Part shown: in pieces, positions 51,401-61,400 of the stretch
Layout of the letters: each line of letters starts with the position of its first letter
How positions within the stretch are numbered: position 1 is the first letter of the stretch
DNA from: Raillietiella orientalis
Taxonomy: Eukaryota
Assembly: GCA_036172245.1 (NCBI GenBank)
Contig: JAYWIR010000034.1
Location: 1,178,001 to 1,242,000, forward strand
Direction of reading: 5' to 3'
Length of the DNA stretch: 64,000 bases
Position numbers and translations under genes: made by a program
The notes under the pieces: generated by a model
The model's database searches: none
Told to the model about the DNA's origin: nothing
The model's input: the letters and a program-made list of their open reading frames with translations, nothing else

Positions 51401-53859
51401 AAGAGGGATGAGAAGAGTTTGCAAGGGAGGAGCTGGGTTGAAATCCACAGTTTGCCGGGCTGAAGGAAAAGCACCGGGATCAGGGTTTAGATAGAGAGGA
51501 GTGAAGATCCTCTTCGGGAGCAGCACGGAATTGCAAAGGGCCCGCTGGGAGCGCGCAGTACATTCTCATCTGCCCCCACTTTGCGACGGTGACTCCTGAG
51601 TCGCTGCGATCTGCTACGACTGGTAAAAGAGGGCCTGCTGACATTAGTAGACAGCGATAGGATTAGGTTCTCTTTGTAGAGCTTCCTTCCGACCTCCTCC
51701 ACCGCGTGAGCGGAGGATCGAAAGTGGCGCTTGCTTGAGTACATTCGCGGCGGCGCGTAAGAGAGAGTGACTGAAGGAGGTGGAGGGAGTTGGGTTCTGG
51801 CTTGTTTCTCCTGACGAACCTACAAACCGTAGCTAAAAGGGGAGCTGGGACGCGTCAGAGAAGACTTGAAGGAAGAGGTGCTGCATACATACTATCACAC
51901 CAAACTCGAGTGCCTCAGAGAGCTTAGTGCCACCACTTCGAAAGTTCATGCTTCCTCTCGTCGTCTCGCGTTCCCTACAGCGCGGGATGCGAAGCTCGTC
52001 AGCAGCATTCACGCCTGGGTGGCGCTTTCTCGAGCTTCCTCCTGGAAGGGTGATAGCAGCGGTGCAATCATCAACGATTCCAGCAAATGTCTTCTCGTCA
52101 TACAAGTTGGCACAGTGGAAAAACGGTGGCTCTGATGTCCGACCCCACGATCCGGAGCACTCGCAAGGTCCATCGGACGTGACGATGGACCGCGAAGGCG
52201 AGCAAGGAAAGTCTCATCTGAGGAGGGAAAGAAATCAACCTTTAGGCGAAACAACAGTCGAATGCCTTTGGGAGTGCCTCCGTGTGCCTGGAACTCTCTG
52301 AAGGATGCCCGATCGTTCCCGTCGCGGATAGCCCTGGTGTGGGATTCCGCTTTCCACAGTCGTGGGAAACAGAATGGCATCCTTCCGAGGTCATGCCTTC
52401 ACTCTCGAGTTCCCTGAAACGTGAGAAATGCTGGTGGCGGTCGCGGATGAAGGCGTGGGCTGAGCGCAACGGCTCGGCTGGTCTTCTCATGGGCCCGGTA
52501 CGTACGTGAGTGCGAGAGCGCAATCACTCTGCTGTTGTCCTCATGCTGCTGCCTACGAAAAAGTCCACCGCATGCGGTCTCCCTTTCCCCACCCCCATTT
52601 TCTGTCCTCCATCTTCCTTCCGAAATTCGCAAATAGGATTTCCGCTAACTTCCCATTCTGGACTGCTCCCCCTCTTTTCGGATCAGGAGCGAATTAAATA
52701 GAAGGAAGTGAACGGAGGAGCTATTGATCTTCCGCGATGTGCGCGGTGTGGTGTCGTCGGTGCCGCACTCGGCTTGGGAATTAGCAGCAGGCCACGGGGT
52801 TCGCCTTCTCATCCATTCGTCATCTCCCGTGATTAACCGTTTATCTGAGGAAGCGAACCATTCATCCCAGGCCAGCAGCCTGCAGACAAGCGCATTTTTC
52901 GCTGGGGCGCCTTGCTTAAGAGCGGACTCCCCGCTCCATCGGAAGGCAGCTCAGATAAGAACTTTTTCCTCTCTTCGGAAACCTCTCTGTTCTGAACGAG
53001 CACGCTCCCGACTTTCACCGCTTCTCTGATCACTGGCGAGGAGGGGAGGAACCCCTCCCCTCCCCCCCATTTTCGCTAAGCAAACGGAGTTTCCCGCTAC
53101 ATCCATCCCGCCGGGCGTTCGTTTGGAAAGCGCGCGGGAGAAAAACGCCAGCCTAGTCTGAACCTTCCGGCTAGAAGATGGCTGCCTTTGGAGGTAGCAA
53201 ACCGCGGGAAGACGACAGTCGACTTTCCCCCTTCCCACCTTATCAGATGGATCTGAAGCCATAGCACCCGTCAAGGCAAAAGAGACCGGCTTTACTTGTC
53301 TTTCTGCTTCTGCTTCTTCTACTGCTGTTTTTAGAGGGAGGAAAGGTGGTCCTTGCTTTAAGACCCCGGGTAGACTCAACTGCTTTACCCTCTCAGGTTA
53401 GTTAGGATCAAGATCCTCGAGACTAGCTTCTCCTGCAACGCTTTCCTCTCCCGGAAGAGTTCGCACTGTAGTCAGGAGGCCCTCCCTAGAATTTAAAATT
53501 CTGATTTAAGCTAATTCCGAGGTGGGAATCGTCGGCAGTGGCTCAAATCGGAATTTCCCGTGTCGGCGTCGTGCGGGAGCCCTCTCATCCGTTGTCAAGA
53601 CGGAGGACTCTCCTCAACTCCCGCGCCTCTGCAGGGAGAGCGGTTCGTCCTATGTCCGATTTCTCGGAATTAATAAAACTCGGTGGGTGGAGATTCAATG
53701 AACTTCCCAGAGGTGAGGGTATTTCGTCCTTTGCGCTCTCATTTTCACGTACGGAGCCTTGGGCCGTGTTTCGGCAACAGCTAGGCTTGAGCCCTAATCA
53801 GACCACTAAGCAGCGACCGTTGAACAGCAATCAGAAACGGCCACAACCTAACATTGCTG

Positions 53860-54241
53860 TGATGTCACATGCTATGTCACTATATATACTATCTTTGTAC
53901 ATGCGACGTAGAAAGTGCAACCACCAGAATAGCTGGAATGACATACAGGCGCGCTACTCCAAATCGGTCTTGAGTCCGGCGTGAAGTTAGCGCACGAGAT
54001 CAGAACGGCACCCAACGATGCCATCTAAGAGCACAGGAAGAACTGCTTCAGACCGGTCTGGTATCGACATTTGGTATTGAGAGTGAAAAGTACGGCTCAA
54101 TGCATACGAGTAAGGAAAGAGAAACACGGAAAACTACTTGAACGTCCACTTTAGGGACGGTTTCAAGTGGCTCACCCTATGTATGCGATACGCATAGCGG
54201 TCAAAAAACGTACTTATACAAGAACCAACATGTATGTATGT
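53860..54241 (+). mobile_element. CR1/L2-like LINE 3' remnant with (ATGT)n tail
   Basis: DVE..ATTRIAGMTY/ARLLQIGLES resembles LE.VQRRATR.I.G..LSYEERL..LGL.SL. Ends in atgtatgtatgt. The block is AT-richer than its flanks. Confidence 0.33.
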
Positions 54242-54289
54242 GCGCATTGTGGGTTTCTGATCTACTCCCAACCCTTGATTCTTCTAGTG

Positions 54290-54840
54290 GAGGAAACCCA
54301 TTTTCCCTGATCCATGAGAAACCTTCTGGTTTTCGACCCCTTCCGACCGGAAGAACCAAACTCCACCGCTCTCCTGCTTACCATCTGCTAGATCAAGGAG
54401 GCATCTGCGATGCTGCACCTTGCGGCTGGCGGCGAATCGTGATTTCCTGCTTTCCGTTGTCCCATCTTGGTGACAGGCTTGCCTCCCTGGTGGCAGGACT
54501 CTCAGGGTTATCAACTTCCTCAGATGGCTGTCTCTCCTGTGTCTTTTCCCGCAGCATCCGAAGAATGCTCCCTCCCCCAGACAGCAATTCAGTGTCACGT
54601 GATTGCATTTTCAGGAAGAAGCTCAGGAGTCCATTCTGACAATCGAGTGGACCTTTGCAAAAAATCGTCGCAGGTACGAAAAGCGCCTAGAAGGGCCCAA
54701 GTCTCCTTGCTGGGATGATTCCCGGTTTTTTCCTGCGGACAAGCAAAGGACTGCTGCTTCCTGAAACAGGTATAAATTTTGCCTTTCTTCAGGGAGAGTG
54801 TTCAGAGCTTTCCGAAACGCAATTTCTCGGGACTAAGGAT
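54290..54840 (+). mobile_element. Decayed non-LTR RT fragment (L1/Tx1-like)
   Basis: LIHEKPSGFRP, LDQGGICDA (cf. LD..KAFD), DGCLSCVFSRSIRR (cf. NG..S..F..RG.RQ), ETGINF..TQFLG, in RT order. Confidence 0.48.
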
Positions 54841-57800
54841 CCGAAAGAGGAGGAAGGATAAGGGTAAAGACGCGGGAACTCCTTCTCTGAGAAGTATCAG
54901 AAGGTTCGCCCTTGTGGTGCTGTGAGACGTCTGTTGCGAAGATGCTCCCGGGCCCCTAGGGAAATGCTCCAGAGGAAAAATCGGATTCGGGACTTCGCGT
55001 CCTCAAAGCTCAGCATCGAGAGTTCGGGCTTGAAAAAGGCAGCGCTGCATACGCGGAAGACGCTCGAAACGGATGCCGTTCTGTCCGCACAGGTCGCTCC
55101 GCGAGATGGCAGGAACAGTCGGGAAGCACCGGTCCCCGAGTGGAGGGTTCCCCGAACGCAAAAGGAATCTTTACGTGCCCGCGGAAGATTTTCTTGATAC
55201 TCGCTTGCGGCTGATCGCATGTTGCCGAATTTCCTGTAGCCGAACGACGACCTCCCTCTTGTGCCAATGACTCCTGATGAGGAAATTCCCAACATTCCAC
55301 GCGGACCACGCTCGCCACTATGGCCGCTTCTTCCGGATTACGAAGGACCCCGAAAATGTGCTCTAGAATAGTCGCTACCTTTTCTCCGAAAGGCGTTTCC
55401 AGCGGCGAGATGAGAGATCACGTGCTCCCTCTGAAGCACCAGGAAGACGCCGAACTTGTTCTACCCCAATTTCCAGACACGACGAAGAGACGGCAGCAGC
55501 CCTGCAGTCCGAATAGGATCTTCGAGATCGACGCGGCGAGCAGCAAGAGTTGGTGAGCTTCCGATGATGCCACGTTCCCCCTCTGCTGCGTTTAAGGCTC
55601 GGGGTAACAAATCCCGTCCTTCGGTCCGCAGCCGCAGGACGGAGGAGGCAGAGCGTAGAGCGTCTTTGTCTACTGAAAGGAAATTCTCAGAGAGGAACTA
55701 AAGGAACATGCTGCTCCAGGCAACAGTGTAGAACGTTGAGAATGTTTTATGAGAACTTGGACTGCTTCCTTCCTGAAGGTGTCTTCTTTTGCCGCTTCGA
55801 ACTATGAGAGAGGATGGCGGAGAAGATGAGAATAAGGAGACCCGTCTGCATCTGAGTCTTGAAGGTCTCCCGTCGCACGCCGAGGGAGAGCGCAGTGGTT
55901 GCACCAGTGGAGTCGCCCGAGCGTGGAGGAAGGAAGCTATTGCTATGGTCACCGTTCCGTTCTGGGAAGCGCGAAGCTTGCAAGGATCTTCGCCGCTGAG
56001 GATGCGTTTGGGCTACTCTGCAGCGAAGAGATCTACCTGGGCTAAAGGACGTCCCGAGAGCTCAGCCGAGCGCGTGAATGGCCCGACCGCAAAAAGAGGA
56101 AACCCGCGGCTCAAGCTCCTCGAGAGACCCCCTTCATTCGTGGCGAAGAATCTCAGGCAGAACGGAAGGCTTTTTCGGGAACTCCCGTGGCGCTTCGTTG
56201 GGAGGTGAAAGTTCCTCCCGTTTTCCCGGCGGGGAGTTGCTCGTCGTTTCTTTCTCATGAGAAAGACGGGAGGTTGTGAACAAGAGATGAAGGGAATGGG
56301 TCGAGAGACCTCCGCTGGCTGTCCACAGCTTCATGTTTCGGCTGGAGGAAGGAAGGAACCCCGAAAGTTCAACCGCTCCGCACCCTTGCTGCGGAAGTCC
56401 TCTCCGCGGGAAAGGAAGCTCCCCCTTTCTCATCGCAGTGGCGGCAGTGCCGCGCATGGCTGGGCATCGGAAATCTCGATTTGCCTCCTGGTGAGGACGG
56501 AGAGCCTCACTCTTCTTCCTCCTCACTTTTTCCTCCTCCTCTCACGCCTTCCGTTCTCCTCGAGACTCCTCGAGAAGTCCACGAAGAAACACGCATCCAC
56601 CTGGTGCGTCTCAACGGCAACAGCTTCGTCTTCTGAGTCTTTTCCCAAAAATAGAATTCTCATACCCTCCGGAGACTGTCCGCCTCCGATCCCCAGGGGT
56701 TGGGGAGGGAGGCGGATCGGAACACTTTGTTCATCTGCAACCATCCACGGTCCCTTCACCGAGTTCCAGACTACCCCCAGGGGGCTGCGAAGTACTTCTC
56801 TTCCGCTGCCTTACTGCCGGACGTCGCCGGACGGGCGCGCGCAGGAGGCTATGCTTTTTTTTTCTCTTCTTTCCTGTATTTACCCGCACACTCCCGAACA
56901 GACGTTTCTAGCCCTCCAGGCGATAGTTCTTTGGGGCTGTCGAAGAGCATAAGAGCGCCGGTGGTCCTTCAGTCCCTGAGGCAATGCTCGTTCAGGGTTC
57001 TCCTGACCGGAAACTCTGCAGCAGGAGCGCACAAGGTTTGCGGAGGGGCAGGTGCGGGGATGCGAATCCCATCCTCTTGCCTACAGCTGGTTTGGTTTGG
57101 AATCAAGGGCTTGTCCCTTCTCCCTCTAATTCGTCAACTGCAGTTTGCGCTCCTCTCGGCTGGTCTGGAGCGGTGGGGGCACCAGGTGGTGCGAAACGCA
57201 GCCGTGGGCGTTCGCGAAACGGGGGTGAGGGCAAGGAGGAGAGGAGCACAGCAGGCTACAGAGAGGATCGTCGTCGACGGTCGCGATGTGAGCAGATGTG
57301 ATGCACTCCCCCTGGAGAAGTCCATTGCGGGGATGCAGAAGGAAGGAAGAAAAGGGGCGCTTTTCCCCGAACGGGGTCCGAGCGCAGTCCAGGAAGGCTT
57401 GGTGATTCGTGACGCGTTCGCGACCCTCCCTCCCCTTCCTCTTTCCCTCCCCCCTCCTTCTTCTGATCTCACGGGAGTAGAGGGACCTTTCTCGGAGCGC
57501 ATCCTGCTTCTCCCCTGCTTTTCAGTCCTGGAAGTCGCAAACCTTCCCCCCTCTTGGCGTCGCCTCCTCGCCACAGGGATGGGCGTTTCCTCAGGGAATT
57601 CCGAGGACGCTCAAGGGGGAAGGGAGAGTAACCACGAGCCCTCGTGTGGGGATGGGTTGCAGAGGAAGTCCCCGGAGCAGGCAGATGCAGGAACCTCCGG
57701 GAGCGCCATAGGTCAGGGGAACATGAGGTGACCCTCTCTCAGTCTGAGTGCAACTCCTCCAGAGCAGGCGCGAAGGCACGTCGCTGGGTGAAGCGTTCCT

Positions 57801-58250
57801 GGAGGGACTCCGCGGTAGGGATCTCTGCAGTAGAATTCCTGACCCCCTCTCCCCGGAAAACAAGGATCTTGCCAGATCTTTGCGAGGTTCAACCCTGTCC
57901 TCCCCCTTCACTACCCCTGTGATCCTGAGAAGGGAGTTGGTCGTGAGACAGGAAGGGAGGACCATGTCGGGATAGTGGACGGGGCAGAGGCTCTCGGAGT
58001 GAACTCGACCCGAACCTCCTTCCTCCCCTCTCCTCTCCCCATATGCTTCGTGAACGGAACGCGCGAAGCAAAACGACCTCCCTTCCAGCATGCTCCCGGA
58101 GAACGGGGAGGGATGGGGCGGGGAAAGAGAGAGGGGACGCGCCAGCGGATCCAGAAAATCCAGAACTCCCGCCAACGCGATCTGATCGATTCCTACGCGT
58201 TGCCGCCGTTGGTTTTTTTGCTTCTTCTTCCCGCCTTCTCCTCTCCCCAG

Positions 58251-58439
58251 GGTCCGGCAGCATGCAAGACTCTTTCCCGAAATGCTCGATCCCCGGATGT
58301 GGTGGACACGGCAGCCACGCCAAGAAGTTTCGCGCCGCCCACCGGAGCTTGCTGGACTGCCCAATGGCAGCCTCAGAAAAGCTGGCAACCCGGGAGTACC
58401 GGCTCAAGATGGCGGCGCAGCTGCACAAGAATCCAGGAG
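58251..58439 (+). CDS. Myt1: Myt1-like exon A (zinc finger 1; ATG at 58262)
   Basis: Acceptor ccttctcctctccccag|G, donor GAG|gtacgc. Encodes [59 protein letters not shown]. Confidence 0.85.
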
Positions 58440-61400
58440 GTACGCTCGTCAGGAGGGCTGGGGAACGGAGCGGTTTGGACAGGCGCATTCCCGTCTCCCG
58501 GCAGGTTTCGCTCCGGACTCCCTGGAGGAGAGCTGCTGCGCATTCCGGATGGACTGCGATTCGTCCAGCAGGCTGGACGCGGCGGCGGCGGCGACGCCCG
58601 TCCAGGCGGAGTCCGCCGCCTCGGCCGCCATGGATGGCCCAGTCGAGCCTCCCCCTCCTCCTCCTCCTCCCCCTCCTCCGCCTCCGCCGCCGCCTCCACT
58701 GCCGCCTCCGCCCGCGTTGCGCTCAGCGGGACACGGTACTTTGGAGCGGCGCGCCGTCCCGGGGAAGGACGCAGACTTCTTCGGAAAGACCAGCAGGCAG
58801 AAGCAGCAGCAGGCGGTCGTCCCGTCCGCGGCGGCGCTACTGGACCTGTCCGTGTCCTTGCAAGGTGGCGGCGGCAGCGGAGGCAACGACGACGACGATG
58901 ACGACGACGACGACGACGACGACGGCGAAGGCGGCAGCGACGAGAACCACCATCACCAGCAGCAGCAGCAGCCGCATCCCCACCACCATCCGCAACACCA
59001 GAAAAATCCTGCCGAGGAGGACACTGCGGCCCGAGGAAGCGACGTCTTCTGGAGCCCCGACGCTGGCGGGTACGGCGGCGGCTTCCTACCCTGCACGTAC
59101 GGCGGCGACTTCGCGATCCGAGCGGCAGCAGCAGCAGCGGCAGCTGCGGCTACGACTGCAGCGCCGCCTCACGAGGGCTCGGCCGCTTACGACAAGCGGG
59201 ACGACGACCCCGCCGAGGCCTACCTCCAGCCCTATAGCAAGCAGGTCGCACCTCCCTCAAACCCCTGTGAAGGGTGGGAGCCGGGCTACTTCGAGGGCTG
59301 CACCCCGGAGGGGGAATTCTACAAGACCACAGCCCCCTCCTTCGACCCCGGCGGCGGCCACAGGTCAGACTCCAGGAACTACTTCTACTGGAACCCGGAG
59401 ATGAAGATGTACCATCGACTGCCCTACTACCCCTGCGCGGACAGGTACTCTCCCCTACGTTTCTCATCGGAGACGCGCAGGCGAGGGGAGGGCAGAGTGA
59501 GGAAATGGAGATCCCGAGGGAATCCCTGCTCCATAGAAAGAGGGAGCAAAAGGGGAGGCCCAGCTGCACAGCTTCCTTCCCAGTCCCATGAAAAAGTCCG
59601 GAGAAAAGATGTTTGCGGAAGAGAGGGGAGGGGGGAACTCATCTTCTTTGAAGGACGTTTCTTGCCCCCTGCGCCCTCATGATCAGCAGGGGGTAGTAGC
59701 AGCTGGAGGGGAGAGGCACCGGGAGGAAGACATGAGCCGTTCACTCACCCTCCCGATCGTTTCCTTCCTCCTCTTCTCCTCTTTCTCTCCCTATTCTGGT
59801 CGGGAAAATGCTGTCGCCGCTCCTCTTTCTGGCACGTGCGGTGCAACAGCACGCCCGAGACGATGGGGACCGGGGGAGAAAGGGAGAGGTGGGAAAGGAA
59901 AATGGGGCAGGGAAGGAAAGGATCCGGGCGCTTTCATTTCCCCCCCCCTCCCCCTCGGACGCTTTCTTCTCCCATCTACCCCTCCATCACCACTGCCGCC
60001 GCCTCCTCTTCTCCACAGGTTCAGCGTGGTCTACCCTACGGAAGGAGGCGACCCGGCATCCGGCTACTACGAGGCCATCAACCTGAGCACCAAAGAGATC
60101 GAGGAGCACATGCGGTCATCCACGATATCCCAGTTGCCTGCCACGCAGATGCCCTCCCCGGCCGCCATCACCTACTTCCTGTCGTCGCCACCCGCTGGCG
60201 GTCAGCCCTTCCCAGCAGAAGCGTTTCCCCATGGACCCTGCCGCACGCGGCCCGCTTACAGGGAAGCCGCCCCTCTGGAATGTGGCCAGAGGAACGCGGC
60301 GGACAGGTATGCAGCAAGGGACGTAAGGAGGCCTTCATGGCTCTCCCTGAGGAAGACGAGAGGAAGGGGGGCACTCCTTTCAGCTCTATTCCTCTCTCAT
60401 GGGGTTCCTTTACGGGGGTCTTCCGGGTGCCTGAGGTCCACATCACCGGGGAGGAGCTGCTCGGAGACGGATTCGCAGATCTCCCCAGCTCTTTCATTTT
60501 CAAGTCCTCCCCTCGCTTGCCTCCTCTCCTTTGCCATCCGCATGTGGGGGAAGGATGGAAGAGAAGTGCCGTCGGTGGACCCAAATTCCCTCCCTCTTTC
60601 TGGATTCTGGTAGGATCGACCTCGGAGGGGATGCGTCTTTTCTGAGGCCAGTCAGCGGAAGGAAGCTGAGGGTTTAAAAAGGCGTCCCTCTCTTTTCTCC
60701 TCCTGCCGTCGGAGGATTCAGAAAAACAGGGAGTCTGGAGAGCACCCTCTGAGGAGCTGCCGACGCGGAGGAACAGTGCTCGGGAAAGAGGCCGCTGTCT
60801 CCTAGAGGAGAGGCTCTGCAGATTACCTCCCTTTCGCGTTACTTGAAGACCACCTTACGGAATTTCATCCCTTCCTCTTTATCCTTTGTTCCTCTCCTCT
60901 CTGCCCAGGGGAAGTCCCCGCCGAAAGAAAACCTTCTGTCCTCCTACGTGCCACTCCTTCTTCTCCTGCTTCTTCTTTCCAATACCTTCCTCCTCCTTCA
61001 CCTCCAGTCTCTCCTTCCGGCTGGAGAAGGCCTACGGAATGGCAGGGAAGATCAGGGTCAGCTTTCTCCAGGGTCGCTCCTCCTTTTCCTTCTGAGTTCA
61101 TGGAAGGAGCGAAGACGCTGCTGGACAGCTTTCAGCGAGGAAGTCTCACTTGGCCGCCTTCTCCAAAGTGACTCTCGGGAATGACGAGCCATCTCTCGGA
61201 TGACGTATTCCTCTCTCCCGAGTACGGCAGTCGGGTGCTCCTCCAGGTTGCCTCTCTTGACCCATCAGTCTGCACGGAGGGGAGGACAGCGCCATCCGGG
61301 ATGCGTGTCTGCTTCCCTGATCTTGAACTCCCTTACCCGAAAGCCCGAGAAAAAGGCATCTCCCCTCTTTTTCCCTTCTGCTCTCTTCACTCAGCTGCGT

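Noticed and set aside
56700..57731. 343-aa ORF upstream of Myt1 exon A
   Set aside because: No recognisable domain, a non-ATG start, and composition typical of GA/CT-rich non-coding DNA. The nearby donor (57728) does not join exon A in this frame.
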